From an uncultured delta proteobacterium (lineage in GTDB: Bacteria; Desulfobacterota; BSN033; UBA1163): a stretch of DNA of 64,000 bases. Below the pieces are notes generated by a model. That model searched no databases, was not told the origin of the DNA, and worked only from the letters and a program-made list of their open reading frames with translations. Where the stretch lies: positions 224,001 through 288,000 of the forward strand of contig CAVPSJ010000013.1 in NCBI GenBank assembly GCA_963708295.1. The letters run 5' to 3'. The translations under genes were made by a program, and so were the position numbers. The stretch's first letter is position 1. Each line of letters starts with the position of its first letter. Positions 1 through 9,002 of this stretch are shown piece after piece.

Positions 1-645
1 GCTGTGGCCCCCCCATTCACGTCACTCCATGCCGTCCATAAGGAGCTTGAAGATACTTCGATTCGTCTCGCTGCTCAGAACCTTTACTGGGAAGAAAAGG
101 GTGCTTTCACCGGCGAAATTTCTCCACTCATGCTCAAGGAAGTGGGCTGTCAGTATGTCATCGTCGGTCACTCTGAAAGGCGACAGTTTTTCGGAGAGTC
201 GGATGAGACGGTGAATCGAAGGATCAAGGCGGCACTGGCCCAGGGTTTGAGGGTGATCTTCTGCGTCGGTGAGACATTAAGAGACAGGGAAGAGGGAAAG
301 ACCTTTCCGCTGATTGAGAAACAGATGGAAGGCGGGCTGAAAGGATTGGATGGTCAGGGAATGGGAGAGATGGTGATTGCCTACGAACCCGTTTGGGCGA
401 TCGGTACAGGGAAGACGGCCACTCCGGAGCAGGCTGAAGAGGTGCATCGATTCATCAGGAGTAAAATCCAGAAGCTTTATTCGCAAGAGGTCTCGGAAAA
501 AATCCGAATCCAATATGGCGGAAGCGTGACCCCGGAGAATATCAGGAGCTTGATGAACCAGCCGGATGTCGATGGCGCGTTGGTGGGAGGGGCGAGCCTG
601 AAAGCGGAGTCCTTCTCGAAGATTGTCAGATTTAAAGAAATGTGA
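1..645 (+). CDS. tpiA: Triosephosphate isomerase (5' end outside window)
   Basis: Motifs GAFTGEIS, GHSERR, AYEPVWAIGTG, YGGSV, DGALVGGASL. Confidence 0.98.
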   Translation, partial: AVAPPFTSLHAVHKELEDTSIRLAAQNLYWEEKGAFTGEISPLMLKEVGCQYVIVGHSERRQFFGESDETVNRRIKAALAQGLRVIFCVGETLRDREEGKTFPLIEKQMEGGLKGLDGQGMGEMVIAYEPVWAIGTGKTATPEQAEEVHRFIRSKIQKLYSQEVSEKIRIQYGGSVTPENIRSLMNQPDVDGALVGGASLKAESFSKIVRFKEM

Positions 646-654
646 TATAAATAA

Positions 655-885
655 AAACTTAAATCCGAGGCACGAAATCCGAAATGGGTCAAACTCTAAA
701 CACTAAACTCTAAATTCTAAACAAATCCAAAATCTAAAAGTCAAAAGGTCATGGGGTTTTAAGTTTTGTGTTTCGGACATTTGAGTTTGCTTAGAGTTTA
801 GGGTTTCGAGTTTAGGATTTAGCGTCTGTGATTAGGATTGGTCCGGACGGACGCTTCGCCCGATATTCGAATTTCGGATTTATTA
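655..885. repeat. Intergenic imperfect inverted-repeat element made of ~7-bp periodic units
   Basis: Left arm AAATCCG/AAACTCT/AAATTCT/AAATCCA/AAATCTA units; right arm complementary GAGTTT/GGGTTT/GGATTT units; outer pair AAATCCGA..TCGGATTT. Confidence 0.75.
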
Positions 886-910
886 AGGGAATGAAAAGGG
901 GATTGAATCT

Positions 911-1231
911 ATGACAATCATCGTTGTTGTTCATGTTTTAGTGTGCGTTGCGCTTATTTTGATCGTTCTGCTTCAGGCAGGAAAAGGGGCAGAAATGGGA
1001 GCTGCATTCGGAGGAGCGAGTCAGACCATTTTCGGGAGCGCCGGCGCCATGGGATTTTTATCCAAACTGACCACCTTCGCTGCGGTTATTTTTATGATTA
1101 CCTCGCTTCTTCTAACGTTCTCATCGGCGAGGAAGGGTTCCACAATTATGAAGGAGAGGCCGGCTCCTACGGCTCCGGCGGCCCCTTCTCAGGTTCCGGT
1201 TCAGCCTCCGGCGCCTGTTCCCGAGAAGTAA
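911..1231 (+). CDS. secG: Preprotein translocase subunit SecG
   Basis: VLLQAGKGAEMGAAFGGASQTIFGS motif, two TM segments, tpiA-secG-tRNA-Leu synteny. Confidence 0.97.
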   Translation: MTIIVVVHVLVCVALILIVLLQAGKGAEMGAAFGGASQTIFGSAGAMGFLSKLTTFAAVIFMITSLLLTFSSARKGSTIMKERPAPTAPAAPSQVPVQPPAPVPEK

Positions 1232-1340
1232 GAAAACCCTGGCGTAAGGCAGTGCTGCTGTGCTGACGTCTGGACTGCAACACTGCGGGACTTGGATAAC
1301 CGCAGCACTGAACTGGCTTGTTTTTGATAGCGAATCGATT

Positions 1341-1426
1341 GCCGAAGTGGTGGAATTGGTAGACACGCCATCTTGAGGGGGTGGTGGGTAACCCCCGTGG
1401 GGGTTCAAATCCCCCCTTCGGCACCA
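1341..1426 (+). tRNA. tRNA-Leu (GAG)
   Basis: GCCGAAG..CTTCGGC acceptor stem + ACCA, D-loop GGAATTGGTAGAC, anticodon arm CCATC-TTGAGGG-GGTGG, long variable arm, GTTCAAATC T-loop. Confidence 0.97.
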
Positions 1427-1437
1427 TTATAGGACGA

Positions 1438-1478
1438 GCAGGAGGAGAGGTATAGGATACCCCTCCTCCTGTCATTTT
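1438..1478 (+). terminator. Probable intrinsic terminator after tRNA-Leu
   Basis: CAGGAGGAGAGGTAT..ATACCCCTCCTCCTG hairpin followed by TCATTTT. Confidence 0.6.
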
Positions 1479-1487
1479 AAGCCCTAG

Positions 1488-1695
1488 CAGGCTGCTGAAA
1501 AACGCCCATCTGCTGCGTTTCCCTCATCCTTCGTCATTGCGGCGTACATCCAAGTACGCCTCTGGCCGACTCACTGACTCGTCGGCGTGGCAAGAGTCGC
1601 TCCTTATTCGTCGCGACGCCACTCTCAGGATTTCGGGGGCCTTGCATCTGGGCATTTTTGAGCAGCCTGATGAAAATCTCCTTTTCGGCAACCTG
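1488..1695. mobile_element. MITE-like non-autonomous element
   Basis: Left end CAGGCTGCTGAAAAA after CTAG; two candidate right ends TTTTTGAGCAGCCTG (1655-1669) and TTTTCGGCAACCTG (1682-1695); no transposase. Confidence 0.65.
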
Positions 1696-1717
1696 GTAGA
1701 TTTAGATTTGCGAAGCG

Positions 1718-2707
1718 ATGATGAATCTGGATCAAAACTCTCCTGAGGTGATGACTGCCATTCAAGCAGCCATCAAAGCGTCGGCACTGTGCGAAAAGAT
1801 TAGGACGGATCTCGCAGGTGGGGAGTCCCTCTTCAAAAGCGACAGAAGCCCTGTGACCATTGCAGATTTCGGATCCCAGGCGATGATCTGCAAAATGATC
1901 AGAGAAAAATTTCCCCAGGATGCGATTGTCGCAGAGGAGGATTCAAAGGAATTGAGAAAACCGGATCGTTCGAAAATCCTCGACCGGGTCACAGACTATG
2001 TCAGCGCTTTCATTCCCGGCTCCTCATCGGAAGAAGTGTGTTCCTGGATTGATTTTGGTTCCAATTCCGTCACGGACCGCTTTTGGGCTCTAGACCCCAT
2101 TGATGGCACAAAGGGATTTCTCAGGGGAGATCAATATGCGATTGCTTTGGCGCTCATCGAAAAGGGCAGGGTGAAATTAGGCGTTTTAGCCTGTCCCAAT
2201 CTCTATACGGATATCCGCTATCTTTCCGGGGAAAAGGGGTGCTTTTTCCTCGCCATGGAGGGAAAAGGTTCATTCCAGATGGACAGAACGGGTATAAACA
2301 AGCGGCCTATTTTTGTTTCCCATATCAAGATTCCCTCCAATGCGATCATCACCGAGAGCGTGGAACCCGACCATGCCGATCATCTTGCCCATCAACGTCT
2401 CGCACAGAAGTTGAATATTTCGAAGCCCTCCCTCAGAATGGATAGCCAGGCAAAGTATGGGATTTTGGCAAGAGGAGAGGTTACCCTCTATCTGAGAGTC
2501 CCGTCCTCCGGTGAGCCGGGGTATAAAGAAAACATTTGGGACCATGCCGCAGGATCGATCATCGCGGAAGAGGCAGGGGGAAAGGTGACGGATATCGTCG
2601 GTCGTCCGTTAGATTTTTCGTCCGGAATAAAAATTGAAAAAAATCAGGGCATCTTGGCGAGTAATGGATTTTTGCATGAGGTGGTTCTAAAGGCACTGGA
2701 GATGTGA
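1718..2707 (+). CDS. 3'(2'),5'-bisphosphate nucleotidase, HAL2/Met22-like (inositol monophosphatase superfamily)
   Basis: KSDRSPVTIADFGSQA, AEEDS, WALDPIDGTKGFLRGDQYA, DSQAKY, ENIWDHAAG. Confidence 0.92.
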   Translation: MMNLDQNSPEVMTAIQAAIKASALCEKIRTDLAGGESLFKSDRSPVTIADFGSQAMICKMIREKFPQDAIVAEEDSKELRKPDRSKILDRVTDYVSAFIPGSSSEEVCSWIDFGSNSVTDRFWALDPIDGTKGFLRGDQYAIALALIEKGRVKLGVLACPNLYTDIRYLSGEKGCFFLAMEGKGSFQMDRTGINKRPIFVSHIKIPSNAIITESVEPDHADHLAHQRLAQKLNISKPSLRMDSQAKYGILARGEVTLYLRVPSSGEPGYKENIWDHAAGSIIAEEAGGKVTDIVGRPLDFSSGIKIEKNQGILASNGFLHEVVLKALEM

Positions 2708-2825
2708 TAAGATGAACCCTGGTTACAGATGCCAAGATCCAGTAAAGATCATTCGGAATGATGGAACATTGGGCTAAGAAAAGAAGATTCTCTCTTTCGA
2801 ACGTCACACTTTTCCCATCTGGATT

Positions 2826-3470
2826 TTGAGCTTTGACATTTCACGGTTAAAGAAAGGATTCGCAACGGAGAAGGATTTCATAAAAGTGATCGAGTCTGAG
2901 ATCCCAAAGGACTGTGTCCTGATCTCGGTGGGACTTCCGGGAAGCTGGAAAAGCCCGGTGATGGAGGAGATCGCGAAGATGAAGGGGTTTCAAATGCTAA
3001 GATCCGACATTATCCGGCTCGAGGTCCTGAAAGGGCTTGACGTCTTCGATCATAAAGTGGCCTCTCATCCGGAAAACCGGAAAAAAGTCTATGATGAGAT
3101 GTTCCGACAGGCGGCCGAGGTATTGAAAACTTCGACGAAGGGATTGATCCTCGACGCGACTTTTTTTACCCAGGAGTTGCGATCAAGTGCCGCAGAGCTG
3201 GCTCAAGGGGCAAATCGGGCCCTTGTCATTGCGGAATGCGTCTGCACCGAGGAGAGGTCCATCGAGAGAATCCTGAAAAGGACGAAAGATAATTACGAGT
3301 CGAATGCCTTGACCCGGGAGGCCTATCTCAATAATAAGGCTTTGTTTCAGCCCGTTAGTATTAAGGATTTGAAGAAAAGATTCAAAGCGGTTCCGATGAT
3401 TCACCTCACGATTGACACCGAATATGACCGCCTTCCGGACTGGAAGATCAAGAGGATTGAAAAGAATTGA
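2826..3470 (+). CDS. P-loop kinase-like protein (AAA_33/COG0645-like) with variant Walker A
   Basis: GLPGSWKS, LRSDIIRLE, ILDATF motifs; TTG start. Confidence 0.75.
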   Translation: MSFDISRLKKGFATEKDFIKVIESEIPKDCVLISVGLPGSWKSPVMEEIAKMKGFQMLRSDIIRLEVLKGLDVFDHKVASHPENRKKVYDEMFRQAAEVLKTSTKGLILDATFFTQELRSSAAELAQGANRALVIAECVCTEERSIERILKRTKDNYESNALTREAYLNNKALFQPVSIKDLKKRFKAVPMIHLTIDTEYDRLPDWKIKRIEKN

Positions 3471-4480
3471 CCATGGATGTTTTCTCTCTCCAGAAGGCAC
3501 TCCTCAATCCGGAGATCTACCCCGATCATCCGCCCGTCATAAAATTTATGGAGACCCACATCTCCCTTTTGTTTCTGACGGGAAGGTACGTTTACAAGCT
3601 GAAAAAACCCGTGGATTTCGGTTTCCTGGATTTCACCTCCCTGGAAAAAAGAAAGTTCTTTTGTGAACAGGAAGTCAAGTTGAATCGGCGGCTGTCGCCT
3701 GCCATCTATCTGGGGGTCGTCCGAATTACGAAAGCAGGCGAGCGGATCCACCTGGGGGGCAAGGGGGAGCCGATGGAGTATGCCGTTAAAATGAAACAAA
3801 TTCCCGAGGAAGAGTTGATGGATAGATTGATCGAGAAAAGACAGGTGACTCCCAAAATGATCGAGGCGGTTTCAGAAAAGTTGGTTCAATTCTATTTTGC
3901 TGCGGAGACCAATGACCATATCAAAAGTTTCGGCAAACCGGAACGAGTCAAACAGGATACCGATGAGAACTTCGCCCAGACTGAAAAATATATCGGAGTA
4001 ACCCTCCCCGGGGAAATTTACGAAGAGGTAAAGAATAAGACGAACGATTTTTTCAGAAGAAATAAAAAACTTTTCGTGCAACGGATCGCTTCTGATCGAA
4101 TTCGGGACTGCCACGGGGATCTTCGTCTGGAGCATATCGTCTGGGGAGATGAGATTTCCATCATCGACTGCATCGAATTTAATCAGCGGTTCCGATATAC
4201 GGACGTAGCAGCGGACATCGCTTTTCTGGCCATGGATCTCGATTACCACGGCAGAGAAGACCTGAGCGAACATCTGATCGGTGCCTATGTCGGAGAATCG
4301 GGAGACCGTGAGTTAATGGGAGTGCTCGACTTCTATAAGTGCTACCGGGCCTACGTCCGCGGGAAGGTAGAGAGTTTTAGGTTGGATGATCCTCATATCC
4401 CAGAGAGAGAAAAAAAAGAAGCCCTCAAAAGGGCCCAGAAATATTTTGGCCTCGCCCACCGCTATGCACAGAGGTTTTAG
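3467..4480 (+). CDS. Aminoglycoside phosphotransferase-like kinase (COG2187-like)
   Basis: ETHIS, YKLKKPVDFGFLDFTSL, RDCHGDLRLEH, DCIEFN, DIAFLAMDLD, CYRAYVRGKV. Confidence 0.88.
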   Translation: MTMDVFSLQKALLNPEIYPDHPPVIKFMETHISLLFLTGRYVYKLKKPVDFGFLDFTSLEKRKFFCEQEVKLNRRLSPAIYLGVVRITKAGERIHLGGKGEPMEYAVKMKQIPEEELMDRLIEKRQVTPKMIEAVSEKLVQFYFAAETNDHIKSFGKPERVKQDTDENFAQTEKYIGVTLPGEIYEEVKNKTNDFFRRNKKLFVQRIASDRIRDCHGDLRLEHIVWGDEISIIDCIEFNQRFRYTDVAADIAFLAMDLDYHGREDLSEHLIGAYVGESGDRELMGVLDFYKCYRAYVRGKVESFRLDDPHIPEREKKEALKRAQKYFGLAHRYAQRF

Positions 4481-4608
4481 TCATCAGGGCAAATGATTCA
4501 CATCCGGTGTCCCACCGAGTGTGGCGGTGCCATTTTCTGGAGCGGTGAGTATGAGGATCGAAATCAGGCTTAACGCATCATATTCTTTTCCTAAGAAAGG
4601 AGATTGAG

Positions 4609-5259
4609 ATGAATATCCAGGACCTAGAACAGTTGATCAAGGGAAGGCGTTCGATCCGACAATGGAAGAAGCAGGAAGTTCCGGAGGAGCTGTTGAAGAA
4701 GGCAGTGGAACTGGCGACGTGGGCTCCCAACGGAGGGAATTATCAGGGATGGCGCTTCGTGGTCGTAAAGAACAAGGGGGTGATCGGGAAAATGGCGGAT
4801 GCTGTTCAGTCCGTCGCGGATAAGATGGCCTCCTGGCCGGAAGCGAAATCCTGGGAAGAGGATATCAAACGGTACCAGAAGAATGCTGCCTTCTTCAAGA
4901 ATGCGCCGGCTTGTATAGGATTCTTTACCGGCGAGTATCAGAGTCCGATGGAAAAAGTACTGGCGGCCCGGGAATCCATTGACCCTGAAGCAAAAAAGGT
5001 GATGGGATTCCGAAGATCGGCACCTACCGTGGTCCAGAGTGTGGCGGCTGCCGTGACAACGATGCTGCTCGTCTTTCATCAGATGGGTCTGGGCGCAGTT
5101 TGGCTTGTCTCGCCCATTCAAGCGAAAAAGGAGATCGAAACGATACTGAAAGTGCCGCCCACGATGGCTCTTGTCTGCCTCGTGGCAGTCGGGTATCCTG
5201 ACGAGTCGCCTCAGAAGGATAGAAAACCGGTGGACCAGGTATTGGAATTTGTTCGCTGA
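4609..5259 (+). CDS. Nitroreductase family protein
   Basis: RRSIR, APNGGNYQGWRFVVV, GLGAVW, VAVGYP. Confidence 0.9.
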   Translation: MNIQDLEQLIKGRRSIRQWKKQEVPEELLKKAVELATWAPNGGNYQGWRFVVVKNKGVIGKMADAVQSVADKMASWPEAKSWEEDIKRYQKNAAFFKNAPACIGFFTGEYQSPMEKVLAARESIDPEAKKVMGFRRSAPTVVQSVAAAVTTMLLVFHQMGLGAVWLVSPIQAKKEIETILKVPPTMALVCLVAVGYPDESPQKDRKPVDQVLEFVR

Positions 5260-5286
5260 TCCCGTGATCGGTTGAGGAGATGGAAA

Positions 5287-5685
5287 ATGAAGATGAAAAC
5301 AATCCGGCAATCCGTCGCTTTTAAAGCCAGCCCACACGCGGTTTATGAAGCGCTGATGGATTCACGCAAGCACGCCAGGTTCACTGGCGCGAAGGCAAAG
5401 ATCAGTCGCAACGTGAATGGAAAATTTACTGCCTATGACGGATATATCGAGGGAGTTCACCTGGATCTTGTGCCAGGGAAGAAGATTGTCCAATCATGGC
5501 GCGGCAGTGACTGGCCTGAAGATCACTTCTCTAAGGCCACCTTTTCGCTGGAAAAAACCAAGAATGGCGCGCGACTGACCTTCACCCAGAGCGGGGTTCC
5601 GGTCCAACACTATCGTGGCATCAGCCAAGGCTGGCGTGATTATTACTGGAAGCCCATGAAGGAAATGCTGGAGCGGGGGGATTGA
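5287..5685 (+). CDS. SRPBCC/Aha1-like domain protein
   Basis: VYEALMD..H..FTG, KKIVQSWR, GWRDYYW; SD GAGGAG before ATG 5287. Confidence 0.88.
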   Translation: MKMKTIRQSVAFKASPHAVYEALMDSRKHARFTGAKAKISRNVNGKFTAYDGYIEGVHLDLVPGKKIVQSWRGSDWPEDHFSKATFSLEKTKNGARLTFTQSGVPVQHYRGISQGWRDYYWKPMKEMLERGD

Positions 5686-5761
5686 GACGGGGTCGAAGAA
5701 GCGGTAGATGATTTCACCTTTTGGCGACGCGATTTCTCGATATAAAGGAGGAGCCTGGTTG

Positions 5762-6790
5762 ATGAGAATGAGGACGTTTCTCATCGGTGTGGTCTTACTA
5801 TCTTCTATCGTAACCGTCAATGTCCGCGCGGAAGAGGCAAGGCGTCTGGGAATCAATACGTCTTTTCGTACCTCTCGAGAGGAAATAAAATCGATAGACG
5901 AATTAGGTTTGCGGACAATCCGTGTGCCCTTGCAGTGGCAGCTGGTTATGGTCCAGCCGGGCGAGTATGACTGGAGTACGGTTGATCTTTTCCTGAAGTT
6001 GGCTCAAACAAAACAGACCGAGGTTCTATTTACTATCCGCACGCTCTTTAGAGAAGAGGGGAAAAGACGGAAGCAAAGAAGAGGAGCGATCGAAATTAGC
6101 CGTGAGCCGGTGGATAAAAAGGAGTGGGTTCGTTTTGTGGAGGCCCTCGTTCATCGCTATCGGGGGCAGAGAGTGAGCTACGAAATTGAAAACGAAGTGA
6201 ACGAAGGGGCAATGTGGAAGGGGACTCTGGATCAATATCTGGAGTTATTAAAAGCTGGTTATGATGTGATTAAGAAGACGGATCCGAATGCCAAAGTGCT
6301 TCCGTCAGCGATGAGGTGCGGTATTCTTCAAAATTCTCCATCCGGGTGGGTGGGCGAGAAAGCATGGAAGTGGCATGACGGCTGGTTGAAACCGATCCTC
6401 TCGACCAAGAAGTTTGACGTGGTGAATATTCATGATTATTATTTCCCGAGCGAGATCACTGCCAACGGGCTCACTTTTCGAAGTTATTTGCAACATATTC
6501 ACGATTTAATGAAGGAATCAGGGTTGGGAGACTATCCCATCTGGATGACGGAAACCGGATTTGTGAGTCTTCCTTCAGAAGCCAGTGGCCGGATGGACAA
6601 TGGCTCCCATGAAAAACAAGCCGCGTGGCTCAGGGAGGCGTATCACCAGGCGTTTGAATTTGGTGTTGAGAGAGTGTACTGGTCGCTTCTTCGTGACCGC
6701 AAGGAAACTTATTTTGGTTCGATGGGTTTAGAAGATTCAAAAGGCAACCCCCGGCCTTCCTGGAATGCCTTTCGTGAGTTCGCAAAATGA
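5762..6790 (+). CDS. Secreted clan GH-A glycoside hydrolase (GH5/GH39-like)
   Basis: Signal peptide; GEYDWS, YEIENEVN (acid/base), IWMTETG (nucleophile); SD AAGGAGG. Confidence 0.75.
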   Translation: MRMRTFLIGVVLLSSIVTVNVRAEEARRLGINTSFRTSREEIKSIDELGLRTIRVPLQWQLVMVQPGEYDWSTVDLFLKLAQTKQTEVLFTIRTLFREEGKRRKQRRGAIEISREPVDKKEWVRFVEALVHRYRGQRVSYEIENEVNEGAMWKGTLDQYLELLKAGYDVIKKTDPNAKVLPSAMRCGILQNSPSGWVGEKAWKWHDGWLKPILSTKKFDVVNIHDYYFPSEITANGLTFRSYLQHIHDLMKESGLGDYPIWMTETGFVSLPSEASGRMDNGSHEKQAAWLREAYHQAFEFGVERVYWSLLRDRKETYFGSMGLEDSKGNPRPSWNAFREFAK

Positions 6791-6861
6791 GACGAGAGAG
6801 ATGATAGAAACGTATTGGGGAGGATGTCCTCGAGATGCTCGAACGTTGAAAGGAGGGAACG

Positions 6862-7398
6862 ATGGCAAAATGGGTGATTGACCCGGATCATGCGGTAGCC
6901 AGATTCTCTGTGAGACATTTCATGATTGCCAATGTGGAAGGCATTTTTAGCAGGATGACCGGGCTGATTGAATTCGATCCACCCGATCTCGGTCGGTTAT
7001 CGGTGGATGCCGAGATTGAAGTCAAGAGCCTGACGACCGGGAACTCAGAGCGGGACGAGCATCTCCTGAGCGCTGATTATTTTGATGTGGAAAGATATCC
7101 GAAGATTATTTTTAAGGGCGCAAAAGTCGAGCCGACAGGAGGAAATCGCGGCAAAGTAACCGGTGATCTCACTCTCCGGGGAATTCTGCGGCTCATGACG
7201 TTGGACTTCGAGTATTCCGGTCCAGTCAAAAGCCCGTTTAGCGGGAAATCATGTATCGGTTTCTCTGCGACCGGAAAGGTCGATCGCGAGGCTTATGGGA
7301 TGACCTTGAGCCATCCTCCTATGGAAGGGGGAGGGTTGGTCGTAGGGAAAAATGTTCAAATCCACATCGAGTTAGAGGCTGATCTCGCCGCAGAATAG
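6862..7398 (+). CDS. YceI family protein
   Basis: WVIDPDH..F.VRH, RDEHL.S.DYFDV..YP.I.F, VTGDLTLRG. Confidence 0.93.
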   Translation: MAKWVIDPDHAVARFSVRHFMIANVEGIFSRMTGLIEFDPPDLGRLSVDAEIEVKSLTTGNSERDEHLLSADYFDVERYPKIIFKGAKVEPTGGNRGKVTGDLTLRGILRLMTLDFEYSGPVKSPFSGKSCIGFSATGKVDREAYGMTLSHPPMEGGGLVVGKNVQIHIELEADLAAE

Positions 7399-7540
7399 TT
7401 TCCTTCACGAGCGCCCGCATCGCTATACCCATACAGGGGAACGTGACTGTCGGCCATTTCCGTTTTCACGTTGAAAATGGGAGGTGAATCTGTTAAGAAC
7501 CTCCTATCCATATTCATGAATTCGTTCAGGGAGAAAGAAA

Positions 7541-8833
7541 ATGAATTGTTTTCGAAAAAATGTTTGGGTAACCGTCTTGTTTGTGATGATTGTTATGATG
7601 ATGATTTACCCGGGTCCGGTCCTTTGCAAGACAGATCGCATTTCAAAGACACCCACCCATCAAAAAGCGAAAGCCCCTGAGAAGGTTAAGGCGGCGCAAG
7701 ACCGGCAGGCACCTTCGGGAGGCCTTCAATGTGACGCTCGATCTGCAGTTTTGATGGATGGGGCTACCGGACAGGTTCTTTTCGAACAAGACGCAAACTC
7801 GAAAATGGCCCCCGCCAGTTTCGTTAAAATCATGACGCTCTATCTGGTCTATGATGCGATTCGAGCAGGCCAGCTCAAGATGGACGACATGGTGACAGTC
7901 AGTGAGAAAGCATGGAGGATACAGGGTTCGAAAATGTTCATTAAGGTTGGGGAGAGGGTGAAGGTGGAAGACCTGATCAAGGGGGTTGCCATTGCTTCTG
8001 GAAACGACGCCTGCATTGCTTTGGCTGAACATCTGTCCGGCTCCGAGGAAGCCTTTGTCACGAAGATGAACGATAAGGCCAAACTGCTGGGATTAAAGGA
8101 CACCCAGTTCAGGAATTCTCACGGGATGCCCGCGGAGGGTCAGTACACAACGGCGATGGAGATGGCCATCCTGTCGAAGCGGTATGTCGAAAGCCATCCG
8201 GAATCACTCGCCTTCCATTCCACGGTCGAATTTGAATACAACGGCATTCGGCAGGGAAATCGAAATACCCTTTTGCAGAAAAATATTGGAGTGGACGGAT
8301 TGAAGACAGGCCATGTGGAGGAAGTGGGGTATCATCTGGCTGCCACGGCAAAGAGAGATGGACAGAGGATGATTGCGGTGGTCATGGGTTGCAACAAAAT
8401 GAATAAGCGGGGCCCGGAAGCCCAAAAATTATTGGAGCATGGTTTTAAGAATTTCTCTACCGTTGAAGCCGTGAAAAAAGGGGGAACCTTCGGGCCTGTG
8501 AAAGTGAAGAGAGGGAAGTTGAATCAGGTCGGCCTGACAGCTGCAGAGGAGGCGAGGGTGACTGTGGCAAAGGGAAAGGAGAATTCGGTTTCTGCCATTC
8601 CTCAATTGCCTCAGTTTATCCTTGCGCCCGTTCATAAAGATCAGATATTGGCAAAAGTGCTTGTCCAGAATGAGGGCAAGGTGGTGAAAGAAGTCAATCT
8701 CCTCGCCGCCTCGGATGTGGAGAAAAGCTTAATTCCTCCGTGGCCGATCCTAGCTGGAGTCCTTTTGGGGGTGGTCGTCATCGTGGGTTTCGCGTTTTGG
8801 TGGTTTCGCCGGCCAAAAACTAATAGACTCTGA
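7541..8833 (+). CDS. dacA: D-alanyl-D-alanine carboxypeptidase (peptidase S11)
   Basis: PASFVK (SxxK), SGNDA (SxN), GLKTG; PBP5 C-terminal domain; C-terminal TM helix. Confidence 0.92.
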   Translation: MNCFRKNVWVTVLFVMIVMMMIYPGPVLCKTDRISKTPTHQKAKAPEKVKAAQDRQAPSGGLQCDARSAVLMDGATGQVLFEQDANSKMAPASFVKIMTLYLVYDAIRAGQLKMDDMVTVSEKAWRIQGSKMFIKVGERVKVEDLIKGVAIASGNDACIALAEHLSGSEEAFVTKMNDKAKLLGLKDTQFRNSHGMPAEGQYTTAMEMAILSKRYVESHPESLAFHSTVEFEYNGIRQGNRNTLLQKNIGVDGLKTGHVEEVGYHLAATAKRDGQRMIAVVMGCNKMNKRGPEAQKLLEHGFKNFSTVEAVKKGGTFGPVKVKRGKLNQVGLTAAEEARVTVAKGKENSVSAIPQLPQFILAPVHKDQILAKVLVQNEGKVVKEVNLLAASDVEKSLIPPWPILAGVLLGVVVIVGFAFWWFRRPKTNRL

Positions 8834-8867
8834 ATGTGAAGCGCGAAATGGATGCTCGAACAAAACT

Positions 8868-8914
8868 CCCCTCACCTTCCCCTCTCCCCAGCGGGGAGAG
8901 GGACGGGGGGAGGG
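8868..8914. repeat. REP-like GC-rich palindrome
   Basis: CCCTCACC..CCCTCTCCCC-AGC-GGGGAGAGGG..GGGAGGG; near-identical copy at 16460-16505. Confidence 0.7.
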
Positions 8915-9002
8915 CCAAAGTTTAGCAAAACCGAAAAATGTTGGGATTAAGTCATTTTGGTCTTCATTTGACATTTGAATCTTGACAGTTTTGGGTGCAT
9001 GG

